Shown here one piece after another: positions 1 to 12,513 of a stretch of 64,000 bases of DNA (the stretch's first letter is position 1; every line of letters begins with the position of its first letter). Location of the stretch: positions 140,928,001 to 140,992,000 of the forward strand of contig CM059432.1 in NCBI GenBank assembly GCA_030390025.1, given 5' to 3'. The DNA is from Squalus acanthias. Lineage: Eukaryota. The notes beneath the pieces were generated by a model. It saw only the letters and a program-made list of their open reading frames with translations. It searched no databases and had not been told where the DNA came from. A program made the position numbers and the translations under genes.

Positions 1-400
1 TTACAACCAATGAAGTACTTTTGAAGTGTAGTCACTGTTGTAATGGGGGAAACGCGACAGCCAATTTGCGCACAGCAAGATCCCGCAAACAACATTGTGA
101 TAATGACCAGATCATCTGTTTTGGTGATGTTGATTGAGGGATAAACATTGGCTAGGACACCGGGCAGAACTCCCCTGCACTTCTTCAAAATACTGCCGTG
201 GGATCTTTTCATGTCCACCTGAGAGGGCAGACATGGCCTCAGTTTAACATCTCCCTCGAAAGGTGGCACCTCCAACATTGCAGCGCTCCCTCAGTACTGC
301 ACTGGGAGTGTGAGCCTAGATTTTGTGCTCAAGTCTCTGGAGTGGGACTTGAACCCACAACCTTCTGACCAGAGGTGAGAGTGCTACCCACTGAGCCACA
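1..400 (-). mobile_element. tRNA-derived DeuSINE (SacSINE1-like)
   Basis: Reverse complement has a tRNA-like head (GTGGCTCAGTGGGTAGCAC...GGTTCAAGTCC) and the body shared by many copies in the window. Confidence 0.8.
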
Positions 401-465
401 ACGAGATCCAAGTGAGCAGCAATGCAGAGCACAAAACCGTCCTTGATTTGGCAGTGATTGATAAT

Positions 466-1227
466 GGCCTAGAAATTCGATTCGGAGGCTTGCCGCGGGG
501 GTAAGGATCGCGCGCGATATCACCTACCGCGTCTGCCGTCCTTGTTTGCCCCCGCAGGAACTTCGGGTCCTGGGCCTCTCCCTAGTGCCGGCGCGCAGTG
601 CTTGCGTGTCCCAGGGGCGCAGTTAGTGCGATGCGACCCCTGGGATCACGTGGGCCATGGAGAGCCAATGGCAGCAGACCATCTTTCATTCATAGATTTG
701 ACAGGAGACCTGTCAAATCTGTGAATTGAAATCGGCCCCAAAAGAACAGCTAAACCTCAAATAAATAAAAAAAAAACCATCACATTAATAAAATAACTAT
801 AGTTAAATAAATTAACCACTTTAAACAAAAATTTAAATTTTTGAAAAAATTAAAATACTTTTTAAAAGTTATAAAAATAAACTTACCTTTCTTTAAAGTC
901 TCTAAAAAAGATAAACCTGTTGAAAAATTTTTTAAATTATACTTAATTAACTACTTACCTTGTTCAAAAGGGGTCTTACGCCTCCTTTTTACTTGCGTAG
1001 AATCTTCCATACTTACCCTCGCGTTGAAACCTGAAAAAAACCTAAGTGTGCTGCGTGCGCGCAGCCTCTAGTGCGCACGCGGTTCACTTAGGAACCGCCC
1101 CCTTCGCCATACCGGAAGTGCCGGTTTCCCGCGCATGCGCAGTGCATGCAAGAAACCGGCACTTCGGGAATGAATACGGGTGAGTACGCACTGAGTACTC
1201 ACCCGAGAACGGTCGAATGTTTGGGCC
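466..1227. mobile_element. Non-autonomous Harbinger-like MITE (family H1)
   Basis: Imperfect TIRs ggcctagaaattcga / tcgaatgtttgggcc, 3-bp AAT duplication (463-465, 1228-1230), internal similarity to 18304-19022. Confidence 0.65.
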
Positions 1228-1984
1228 AATAACTTGCTAATTTCACTTAGTGATGTTGCAAGTGAATATATTTACACTGAGGCAGTAGATAGCGATCCTG
1301 TAGGGTTAGAGGTTCAGGTACACTGTTGAAGCAGAGCCAAGGCAATTTTACTCTACATTTGGTCTGTCCTGTACCTGGTGTTGCAAGATCGGAGCATGAA
1401 CTGAAACCTCAGAGCACATTGGGGTATATTTGCTTTATTATTTAAACAATGTATCAGGCAAGTTCTGTAGACATATGTCTGAACAAGTGGATCAAATGTG
1501 TGTGCAGTACTGTCTCACTAAACCAGCAAGTTTTTCAAGATGACTAATTATTCTCTCTCTGTCAAGTTGTTTTAAAAAAAATTAATTAGTTTATTGACTT
1601 CGTCACATTAATACACACAGTCCATTATATCTGTCTAGACACTGCATTTTTTAAATTCTTGCTATTATCCTGAAGACTGTCTGTACTATGTCAGGGAATG
1701 TAAAGTATTAATAGAAATTTAGCATCACCTCATTCGGTAAGATGCCTTTAAGATTGTTTAAAGGTAACATTAGGATTTGTTTATCTTTAAGTTTTTCCTG
1801 TAAATCTCTGCACTCCTCCAATTTTGGTCTCTTGAGCATCCCCGATTTCCTTTGCCCCACCGTCGGTGTCGGTGCCTTCAGCTGCCTAGTCCCTAAGCTC
1901 TGGAATTCCCTCCCTAAACCAATCTGCCTCTCTACCTCTCTCTCCTTCTTTAAGACGCTCCTTAAAACCTACCTCTGATCATCT

Positions 1985-2730
1985 TATGACCATCTCCAAC
2001 AAGAGAGTCTAACTACCACCTCCCTTGACATTCAACGGCATTACCATCGCCGAATCCTCCACCATCAACATCCTGGGGGTCACCATTGACCAGAAACTTA
2101 ACTGGACCAGCCACATAAATACTGTGGCAACAAGAGCAGGTCAGAGACTTGATATTCTGCGGCGAGTGACTCACCCCCTGAGTCCCCAAAGCCTTCTACA
2201 AGGTACAAGTCAGGAGTGTGATGGAATACTCTCTACTTGCCTGGATGAGTGCAGCTCCAACAACACTCAAGTAGCTCGACACCCAGGACAAAGCAGTTCA
2301 CTTGATCGGCATCCCATCTACCACCTTAAACATTCACTCCCTCCACCACTGGCACACCGTGGCTGCAGTGTGGACCATCTACAAGATGCATCGCAGCAAC
2401 TCGTCAAGGCTTCTTCGACAGCACCTCCCAAACCCGCGACCTCTTCCACCTAGAAGGACAGGGGCTGCAGGCGCATGGGAACACCACCACCTCCAAGTTC
2501 CCCTCCGAGTCACACACCATCCTGACTTGGAAATATATCGCCGTTCCTTCATCGTCGCTGAGTCAAAATCCTGGAACTCCCTCCCTAACAGCACAGTGGG
2601 AGCACCTTCACCACACGGACTGCAGCGGTTCAAGAAGGCAGCTCACCACCACCTTCACGAGGTGCAACTTGGGATGGGCAATAAATGCCGGCCTTGCCAG
2701 CGACGCCCACATCCTGAGAATAAAAAAAAA
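1985..2730 (+). mobile_element. 5'-truncated CR1/L2-group LINE 3' end (RT C-terminus)
   Basis: Frameshifted RT C-terminal peptide ILGVTIDQKLNWTSHINTVATRAGQRL; tail gggatgggcaataaatgccggccttgccagcgacgcccacatcc. Related copies at ~5945-6226(-), 37735-38033(+), 39545-40189(-). Confidence 0.8.
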
Positions 2731-3879
2731 CCAAAAGCTTTTGGTCACCTGCCCTAATATCTCTTTATGTGGTTCGGCGGCAATTTTTGTTTGATAACGC
2801 TCCTGGGAAGCGCCCTGGGACGTTTGACTACGTTAAAGGCGCTATATAAATGCAAGTTGTTGTCGTGATAAATGGAGCTGCTGCTGCACTTCTGGTGAAG
2901 GAGCAGGAGCAGAACCGTGGAACTTCTGGCCGAGATTTTTATTTATATAGCTCCATTGCTTAATAAAGTAAAACAATTACCAGTACTGCTAGCTGACTTT
3001 GCAAAAGTGCTGCAGAATTTGATACTTGGCTAAGCAGCCACTCCAGCCATTAGGATACCACTATCAACCAGGTTGTTAACCCCAGTTACCAGGGTCACTG
3101 GTTTACAGTGACTGGGCAAATCAAGTTCAAATTTTATTTTGTGGAATTTGGGGATTTTTACCAGCGTTTTGGAGATCGCATTTTGTGATTCCGTCCATTT
3201 TTCAGTGAGAACAGAAAACCTGTGGTCTTACTGACGAATCCACGTCCATTCACTCCACCATGAATTCCTCAGCCTTTACACAGAATTACATCGAATGTAC
3301 AGCACAGAAACAGGCCATTCGGCCCAACTGCTCCATGCTGGTGTTTATGCTCCACACGAGCCTCCTCCCACCCCTCTTCATCAAACACTGTCAACATATC
3401 CTTCTATTCCGTTTCTTCCCTCATGTCTTATCCAGCTTCCCCTTAAAGCCATCTATGCTATTCGCCTCAACCACTCCCTGTGGCAGCGAGTTCCGCATTC
3501 TCACCACTCTCTGGGTAAAGAAGTTTCTCCTGAATTCCAGATTGGATTTATTAGTGACTAGCTTATTTTTATGACCTAATTCTTTAATTCCAGTCAGTTT
3601 GAAATGTGTAAAAGTCAATCTGTTGGTGACAGCTGTAGCTCCTGGGAAAATGTTGCTGACTGTACAGGAGGAAAAATAAATCAATCCAAGCCTTGCCTGC
3701 CCTCAGTTCTCCTTGACTTAGAACAAAACAAATTACTCGAGTTATTTAGGTTAAGCACCTACTCGTTCATGCACCTAGACTTTCAGCGATGATTATTTAG
3801 CAGCTTTGATCTCTCTGTGTTTCTTTCGCTTTCTTTGTCCATTGGGTACAGATACACATCAATATTCAGCAGGTTTTTG

Positions 3880-4336
3880 AAAGAAAGAAAGAACTTGCAT
3901 TTCTATAGCTCTTTTCATGACCTCAGGACGCCCCAAAGCACTTTACAGCCAATGAAGTACTTTTTGAAGTGTAGTCACTGTTGTAATGTAGGAAATGTCG
4001 CAGCCAATTTGCGCACAGCAAGGTCCCGCAAACAGCAATAAGATAACCTGTTTTTAATGATGTTGGTTGAGGGATAAATATTGGCCAGGACACCGGGGAG
4101 AACTCCCCTGCTCTTCTTTGAAATAGTGCCATGGGATCTTTTACGTCCACCCGAGAGAGGGCAGACGGGGCCTCGGTTTAATATCTCAGCTGAAAGACGG
4201 CACCTCTGACAGTGCCGCACTCCCTCAGTACTGCAGTGGGAGTGTCGGCCTGGATTATTTTGCTCAAGTCTCTGGAGTGGGACCTGAACCCACAACCTTC
4301 TGACTCAGAGAGGAGAGAATGCTACCCGCTGAGCCC
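3880..4336 (-). mobile_element. DeuSINE (SacSINE1-like), near full length
   Basis: tRNA-like head near 4336, Deu-like core, (gaaa)n tail at the left end. Confidence 0.8.
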
Positions 4337-6244
4337 CATATCAACCAATCAGCAGGCAGCGTTGCTGCTCTAAAGCTGCAGAAATGGGTCTGCAGACAAT
4401 GGGATTGATTTTCACCGTCCCCTCTTGGGCAATGAACCAGCGGAGCGGAATGTCTGCCTGTTACCGAACCTGCCCAATTCTCACCTCCGCCGTGGAAATG
4501 AAAATTGGGTGGGTTCCAAAGCAGACGGGTAATCTGCTCCACCAGTTTGCTGCCCAAGTGGGGAAGGGGAAAATTGCCCCCGGCGTATTTGCCAGCCTGG
4601 AGCATGTAGTGGTATGGCGGGAGGGTCATTTATCCAGAGAGAAAATGGGAGAAACAAGATCAGGCCATTATCTAGTTGAATGACGGAACAGGCTCGGGGA
4701 CGGGGCGGGGTGGGGGGGGGGGGTGCTGAATGGCCTCCTCCTGTTCCTAAGCAACAATGAATAATCGAAATGCAAACTTTGGTGGCCTCTAAAAATATCA
4801 AGACTATGAAAGCTCCATAGAAGAATATTCTGTGGAAGAAATGCAAGTTACTGTGTGGCCTCAAGGTGAAGGTATTGCTGGATGCCACAATTGCTGTTAT
4901 TAATAATTTATGAGCTTTAAAAGACCAAGATTAAAGGAGGCTTTCAGCATGTTGCTTTATAAAATTGATTCCAGAGCTGTCCTTCGATTTTTAGAGAAAC
5001 ACAACCTTGTCTCCATCGTTACTGTTGGATTTGCTTCAACACTGCGAGAGGCAAATAAGGCTTGGGTTCAATATTGGAGAGAATTAAACATAATGAAAAC
5101 TACTTCAGGGAATAATCAGTCACACTTAGGTCTGCATAACTGTGAAACCACACTCCCAGAAACAGTTTGGATTTGCATCAATACTCTTGATAGGTCAAGG
5201 GTTGCAATTTTTAGATAATCCCTAAGGAAGTACCCCATAGGGATTTTCCATTACTTTCATTCAATTTTTCGTTGTAATATTCAAAATTTACAGAGGTGAA
5301 TGTTTCTCAAGAGGTGAAGATCGACGTCTTGCGCTGAACATACAAGCCAACCTAGAAAACTCGCAAAAATTGACCAACAGCTTCAGAAGAGTTGGCAGCT
5401 CAATAAAGAGCTGTGAATATAGGACAAGGAGATAGACTGAGAATACATCTTGTCATAACCTAAGCTGCAGATATACCCGAAGTTTTATCACTTTTATTGA
5501 GTACACAACAGTACAGTTAGCAAGTGCTGACATAGAAATTAGAGAAGTGGGGGGGGGGGTGGGGGGGTGGGGGGGGGGGGGTTGTGAGTGATGAAGGCGT
5601 GCGAATGGGGGTCTGACACAAAAAACCATTTTGATGTTTGGATCTGCTTTGGTGCAATTATTGGCATTTTGGAGCCCACTGTAATTCTAAGTGTGACCTG
5701 GAGTGAAATATTGCTGTTAATATACTTTGTATATTGTCTCTAAGGACTTCCACCTCTAATGGAAAGTTGAATTTTTGAAGTGATTGCTGTCAGTCATCCA
5801 TTGCATGCGTTGTGATGTATGGTGCAATGTTTTGGTTACTAGGATGAGGGACCAGAGGGGCTACCACATATTGTGAAGACATCACAATGTCTATCATTGC
5901 CTCACTCAAGGGGTCGAATGACTTACTCCTGTTCCTGTGATCATTTATTTAATGTTCATTCTCAGGATGCGGGTGTCACTGGAAAGGCTGGCATTTATTG
6001 CCCATCCCTAATTGCCCTTGAGAAGGTGGTGGTGAGCCTTCTTCTTGAACCGCTGCAGTCCGTGTGGTGAAAGTACTCCCACAGTGCTGTTAGGGAGGGA
6101 GTTCCAGGATTTTGACCCAGCGGCGATGAAGGATCGGCGATATACTTCTAAGTCAGGATGGTGTGTGACTCGGAGGGGAACTTGGAGGTGATGGTGTTCC
6201 CATGCGCCTGCTGCCCTTGTCCTTCTATGATTGCTATACATATA

Positions 6245-7000
6245 GAGCTAAAAATTGAGACTTCGTCGGGGCGCTACTTTTAGCAGCCCGGAAAAATTAG
6301 CGCCCCCGCGACGGAAATTGAGTGGTTGCGCCCCAAGAGGGAAGCAGGGCGCTACTGGAAGCGCCCCGCATCCCTCTTGGGGCGCTACGAGGGAATATCG
6401 TGGCGCTATGTGCCGCAGCGCCATGCACGTCACGCCGCGGTATTGCAGGCCTCCCTCCCCTTAAAGGGGAGGGGCCTTGCGCAGCTTGACCCGGGGCCCA
6501 GCTGGGCCCCCAGGGATCGGGAGTGCCGGCAAAAGAGCCCGGCACTCAAGAGAAGTGCCGGGCTCTTGGAGCGCAGCCGGCACTCCGCAGGGGGGAGGCG
6601 GGGGGGGGAGGGTCGTCCAGGAGGCCGGGGACGGGATCACAGGCAGGTGCTGGCAGGCGGCCAGCAACAAAAATGGCTGCCCCGCCCCTCGCCTTTAAAT
6701 AGCGCCTCCCCGGCCGCAGGTAGGCCCCTTGACCCCGTCGAACATAGCGTCTGGCGGTAAGTCAGGGGGCGCTCCCGAAGATTGCGGCCAGGGCGCGAGC
6801 GGGGCGCTGCGCATGGCGGTGACGTCATCGCCGGCGGCGCAGCACCGCGAGGCGCTACCGGTTAGCGCCGCCGCTAACCTCCCGCTGAATTTCGCGGGAG
6901 GCGTGGGCGGCGCTGCACCCGGGCGCTGGTTGCTTTGTGCCCCGTTAGCGCCCTCTTAGGGCGCTAGCGGGAGGCGCAAAGCAACCCAATTTTTCCCCCC
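6245..7000. mobile_element. GC-rich non-autonomous TIR DNA element (family G)
   Basis: Right end caatttttcccccc followed by ta; subterminal sequence matches, inverted, the left ends of 27022-27787 and 56632-57538; many GCGCTA/TAGCGC motifs. Confidence 0.65.
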
Positions 7001-7424
7001 TAGAAATTGAAAATCTACCACCGAGCTGGATTTTGTAAAGCATGCAGATTGTTTTAATATAAAAAAACGATAGGAATTTCTGGCTTGGAAATGAGAAGTT
7101 TCTGAGAATGTTCCACTTTTATTCTTGACCCTGAGTTGGTAGAATGTCAGCCTGGGTCCAGCAACGTGCTTGTGTTTGTTCACCATAACCTTGTGTGTCC
7201 CGTGAAGGGACAACGTGTATTTGCAATAAATCAATATTGAGAAGGAAACGTGGCATCTGAAACAGGTGACTGGCTCTCCTTGGAACTCATTCAGAACTGA
7301 AGGCTATGAGTGTTCTGTAAAGAAAGAACTTGCTCTTGTTGACCAGTAATCTATCCCTGTAACTAGTGGAATGTTTTCATCAAAATATAATGAGCTCCTT
7401 GGGAAAATGTCCCATTATGTTTGC

Positions 7425-7870
7425 AAATTTCTATAGCACCTTTCACAACCTCAGGACATCCCAGAGCACTTTACAGCCAATGAAGTACTTTTGAAGTGTA
7501 GTCACTGTTGTAATGCAGGAAACACGGCAGCCAATTTGCGCACAGCAAGCTCCCACAAACAGCAATGTGATAATGACCTGATAATCTGTTTTTAGTGATG
7601 TTGGTTGAGAGATAAATATTGGCCCCAGGACACCGGGGACAACTCCTCTGCTCTTCTTCGAAATAGTGCTGTGGGATCTTTTACATCCACCTGAGGGGCC
7701 TCAGTTTAATGTCTTATCAGAAGGACGGCACCTCTGACAGTGCAGCACTCCCTCAGTGTTGCACTGGGAGTGTCAGCCTGGACTTTGTGCTCAAGTCTCT
7801 GGAGTGGGATTCAAACCCACAACCTTCTGACCCAGAGGCAAAAATACTACCCACTGAGCCACAGCTGACA
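7425..7870 (-). mobile_element. DeuSINE (SacSINE1-like)
   Basis: Full head-to-tail similarity to the other copies. Confidence 0.8.
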
Positions 7871-7879
7871 CTATAGGCC

Positions 7880-8202
7880 ACGCTGGAAAAACTCAGCAGG
7901 CCAGGCAGCATCCGTGGAGAGAGAAACAGAGTTACCACCTCCTCTTGCCTTGATTATCTCTTAATGTCTCTCAATATCTCTTAATCTCTCCTTTTGTTCT
8001 TTCATCCCCTCTCCCTTTTCCCAGCTTTATCCTTGCCTTAAATCTATTTCATTTCCTGCTTTTTTCCAGTTCTGACGAAAGGTCTTCGACCTGAAACGTT
8101 AACTCTGTTTCTCTCTCCACGGATGCTGCCTGGCCTGCTGAGTTTTTCCAGCGTTTTCTGTTGTTATTTCGGATTTCCAGCATCCGCAGTATTTTGCTAT
8201 CG
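7880..8202 (+). mobile_element. Short Penelope-like element (family B): 5' inverted arm plus pLTR with hammerhead
   Basis: 14-bp TSD tgacactataggcc (7866-7879, 8203-8216). 7880-7934 is the exact reverse complement of 8100-8154. The pLTR matches those downstream of GIY-YIG remnants at 55.8 and 62.1 kb. Confidence 0.85.
8068..8104 (+). ncRNA. Minimal type I hammerhead ribozyme (family B), intact core
   Basis: AGUU-CUGACGA-A-AGGUC UUC GACCU-GAA-ACGU-U/AACU. Stem I AGUU:AACU, 5-bp stem II, palindromic helix III; predicted cleavage between 8100 and 8101. Confidence 0.75.
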
Positions 8203-8436
8203 TGACACTATAGGCCGTCTAGTTGACCAGTAATCCTCCCTGTAACGAACCCTTCTTGGGAAAATTGTCTGTTTCTTTACAAATCATATCCATTTTGAGA
8301 CAGTTCATGGAAGCATTTTTTATTGTCGTGATTATCATCTATATGACAAGACAATCTGTAGTGTTTGAAACCCAACGGAGCAAAGCCATCACTAAAATCT
8401 TTTACTGCAAGTTTTACAGCCAGAAACTAATAAAAA

Positions 8437-8639
8437 TGAGAAGTCGCACAATACCAGGTTGTAGTCCAACAGTTTTATTTGAAATCACGAGCTTTCGGAG
8501 CGCTGCTCCTTCGTCAGGTGAAGAAGGAGCGGAGCTCCGAAAGCTCGTGATTTCAAATAAAACTGTTGGACTATAACCTGGTGTTGTGCGACTTCTCACT
8601 TTTGTCCACCCCAGTCCAACACCGGCATCTCCGCATCAT
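8437..8639. mobile_element. Palindromic Penelope-like mini-element (family A)
   Basis: Near-perfect inverted repeat 8437-8598 plus a tail ending gcatcat; 13-bp TSD agaaactaataaa (8422-8434, 8640-8652). Confidence 0.85.
8485..8521 (-). ncRNA. Minimal type I hammerhead ribozyme (family A)
   Basis: Minus strand reads UCAC-CUGACGA-A-GGAGC AGC GCUCC-GAA-AGCU-C/GUGA; stem I UCAC:GUGA. Confidence 0.75.
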
Positions 8640-9267
8640 AGAAACTAATAAAGCAGTGCTGTGCTACGTCATCGATATATCGAAAGCTGTTTCCCAGAAT
8701 CGGGATTGTACCTGCTGCTGGTGGGACTGCAGTCCAGCCATGAATAACCACCTTTGTGAGAAGAGAGACCAAAAAAAAAGGGACAAAAACTGAACGAAAT
8801 TCCACAGCCACAATTTAATTCTGGAGGAGGAGAACACTAACCTGATTGTGCCTTGAAGAGGCCTCCCCCACTTTGTGACAACACATAATGGGAAGTGAAT
8901 TAAAATCTAAAAACAGCAACTCTGAGCATCGAGGGCTTATAGTTTAACAGGAGCATTTTATATACATCACTGTTGGATTGTGCCAACAGAGGGTGGGGGC
9001 GGGTGGCAGGGGAGGAAAGGTGGGAAGAGAAGAATAAAAAAATGTGGCCAATGTGTTTTAACTACCAACATATGAAAAGGAACAGAGGAACAGGAGGAGG
9101 CCATTCAGCCCCTCGAGCCTGTTCCGCCGTTCAATTAGATCACGGCTGATCTGTATCTTAACTCCATCTAGCCGCCTTGGTTCCGTAACCCTTGATATCC
9201 TTACCTAACAAAAATCTATCAATCTCAGTTCTGACATTTTCAGAAATGCTTGACGCAGCACCCATCA

Positions 9268-9700
9268 GGAAAGATTGAACAGGCTGGGGCTCTTTTCTCT
9301 AGAAAAGAGAAGACTGAGGAGTGATCTGATAGAGGTCTTTAAGATTATGAAAGGGTTCGATAGGGTAGACGTAGAGATGATGTTTCCACTTGTGGGGGAG
9401 ACCAAAACTAGGGGCCATAAATATAAGATAGTCACTAATAAATCCAGTAGAGAATTCAGGAGAAATTCTTTACCCAGAGAGTGGTTAGAATGTGGAACTC
9501 ACTACCAGAAGGAGTAGTTGAGGTGACGAGCACAGATGCATTTAAGGGGAAGCTAGATAAGCACATGAGGGAGAAAGGAATAGAAGGATATCTTGCTGGG
9601 GTGAAATGAAGAGGAGTGGGAGGATAGCACAAACACCGGCATAGACCTGTTGTACCGAATGATCTGTTCCTGCGCTGTAAATACTTGATAATACTTTGTA
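9268..9700 (+). mobile_element. CR1 LINE 3' fragment
   Basis: LGLFSLEKRRLRSDLIEVFKIMKGFDRVD motif followed by CR1-type 3' UTR. Confidence 0.85.
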
Positions 9701-10677
9701 ATACAGAACCACAAACTATAACATGACTGCAGCAGGTACCTACGGAGGAGGCAGCTAAAGAGGCCCTCGCGCTTGGCCAGCCCGCGCCCTCGATGTTGGC
9801 GAGCCAGGCGGGCGTGCACGTGCACAATGGGCCTGAAACGCCAAATTCCACAGGTGCTGGCAACAGCTGCCATTTTCATAATCCACGTCAATAAACCCGC
9901 AGGACTTGCTTTATTTATTAAAGAGCTTTTCAAAAAAACAGGCATTGTTCCTCAACTTGCTGATGCAAGCAAGGCTTCTGTTCAGCCGTTCCAGTCCACA
10001 CAGCATGTTTTAGAAAGTTCATTGCGCTCGACCAACTATGGTGAGACTCTATTCCAGCCCAGCATGGAAGGGAGCATCAAACACACACTCTAGTCACAGG
10101 ATCTCACAGCGTAGAAGGAGGCCATTCGGCCCATCGTGCCTGTGCCGGCTCTTTGAAAGCGCGAACCAACTCGGCCCACTCCCCCTGCTCTTTCCCCTAT
10201 AGCCCTGCAAATGTTTCCTTTTCAAGTATTTATCCAATTCCCTTTTGAAAGTTACTATTGAATCTGCTTCCACCGCCCTTTCAGGCAGCGCAGTCCAGAT
10301 CACAACAACTCGCTGAGTAAAAAAAGTTCTCCTCATCTCCCCCTCTGGTTCTTTTGCCAATTACCTTAAGCTAGTCCAAAACGAATATAGTTTGTCATCA
10401 TCTAAAACCAGTACATTTTTCACCAAATTTTTATTCTAATCCTACTGTATCCATCTCCATCCTAAGGGAACCATACTAAAAAAAAATGAAAACTGATTAT
10501 TATTTTCAATTTCATATTTCAATTAAAAAATATGTTTGTGTCTATCTAAAAGCGTCCTTCTGTACAGTACCTTTCATTATGGAAGGTACCCAACAGGAAA
10601 ATCACCAGGTGTATCTTTATATTGGCATTGCTCTGCCAGAGTAAACATGCCAAAGAAGAAAAGGCATCATTGCTAGG

Positions 10678-11110
10678 GGATCAGCTGTGGCTCAGTGGGT
10701 AGCACTCTCGCCTCTGAGTCAGAAGGTTGTGGGTTCAAGTCCCCCTCCAGAGACTTGAGCACAAAAATCTAGGCTGACACTCCCAGTGCAGTGACTGAGG
10801 GAGTGCAGCACTGTCGGAGGTGCCGTCTTTCGGATTGAGATGTTAAACCGAGGCCCCGTCTGCCCCCTCGGGTGGATGTTAAAGATTCCAAGGCACTATT
10901 TCGAAGAAGAGCAGTGGAGTTATCCTCCGGTGTCCTGGCCAGTATTTATCCCTCAATCAACATCACTAAAAACAGATTATCTGGTCATTGTCACGCTGCT
11001 GTTTGTGGGACCTTCCTTGCTGTGCACAAATTGGCTGCTGCGTTTCCTGCCCTGACTACACTTCAAAAAGGTATTTAATTGGTTGTGATAGGCACTACAT
11101 AAATGCAAAC
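10678..11110 (+). mobile_element. DeuSINE (SacSINE1-like)
   Basis: A box gtggctcagtgg, B box ggttcaagtcc, Deu-like core gtctttcggattgagatgttaaaccgaggcccc. Confidence 0.8.
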
Positions 11111-12049
11111 CTGCCCTGTTGGAAAACTCATAGTGTTCGGACTGCAGATGAAGATAATATGCCGGATCTGATGCCTTCACAGTCGAATAGTACGAAGACG
11201 CTCACCAGTGAGGCTCAAGACAGAAACAAGAGACATTTTTGATGACGTAATGGGGAGCTGCTTCGACCATGGATCTGGAGCCCACCTTAAGTTACCAACT
11301 TCAGAAGGGGGTGGAGGAGGGGGGAAATTGAGGAAGGGCCATACTAGGGTTTTGGACTTTTCATGCAATTAAACTTGGAATAACATGAGGAAACGTCACG
11401 GTGTAAACTGATTTTCTACAAGAGAAGGAAACTGAAGTCAGTTTTTTTTTCCTGGGCTCTCTGTAGACGGCCAGTTCGCTTAGATTGAACTCTGTTAGAA
11501 AGAGCTCCTTTGTGGCTGCTTCGGGTCTCCAAGTGTAACTGATCCTGATTGTTCTCGATGTGAAAGCTGTTCCAGTATTTAGTGTTAATCTGTTTCATGG
11601 TGGTTTCCTTTCCCATTTCAACAAGAGTACAGAGAGATCACTGTGAGGCTGATTTGTCACTTCCAGGCCAACTTTGCACATTTACAAATTCTTGGAAATT
11701 GAGATACTTCAGCTTTGGCCTTTGTGCAGTCTACAGGAACCAGAGCAAAGAGTGTGCGATTGGCCCTTTTGAGGAAATTGTAGGGCCGATTGTAACCCCG
11801 TCAGTCCCTCTCTGCGGAATCTGGGCGGGCAGATAAACTGGCCGCTGTGACTGTGACCCCACTCCGATTCCACAGCCATCCCCTCTCCTTGATTCTGCTT
11901 CTCCTCCAGAAAAGAGCTAAGACTGAAAGGGGTAGAAATTTTGCTTTGGACAGCAATGACAAAACGAGCGATATCGCATCGGCCCTTATTTAGCTGTATT
12001 GGAGCTACAGCACTCCACCTTGCAGTTAAGGTTTCCGAGTTATATTTAA

Positions 12050-12513
12050 AAAGAACTTGCATTTCTATAGCACCTTTCACGACCTCAGGATGCCCCAAAG
12101 CACTTTACATCCAATGAGGTAATTCTAAAGTACAGTCACTGTTGTAATGTAGGAAACGTGGCAGCCAAATTGCGCACAGTAAGCTCCCACAAACAGCAAT
12201 GTGATAAATGACCAGATAATCTATTTTAGTGATGTTGTTTGAGGGATAAATATTGGCCCAGGACACTGAGGAGAACTCCCCCTGCTCTTCTTTGAAAATA
12301 GTGCCGTGGTATCATTTACGTCCACCTGAGAGAGCAGACGGGGCTTCGGTTTATTTAACGTTTCATCCAAAAGATGGCACCTCCGACAGTGAAGCACTTA
12401 CTCAGTACTGCACTGGAGTGTCAGCCTGGATTTTGTACTCAAGTCTCTGGAGTGAGATTTGAAACCACAACCTTCTGATACAGAGGTGAGGGTGCTACCC
12501 ACTGAGTCACAGT
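12050..12513 (-). mobile_element. DeuSINE (SacSINE1-like)
   Basis: Similarity to the other copies. Confidence 0.8.

Noticed and set aside
1268..1410. Ancient LF-SINE-like remnant
   Set aside because: Only a faint resemblance from memory; not supportable without alignment.
8437..8598. miRNA precursor or DNA-transposon MITE
   Set aside because: Asymmetric tail outside the inverted repeat, 13-bp TSD and hammerhead cores fit a Penelope-type pLTR inversion better; small-RNA production is not excluded.
10678..10750. tRNA genes
   Set aside because: tRNA-like A/B boxes run directly into SINE bodies in every copy.
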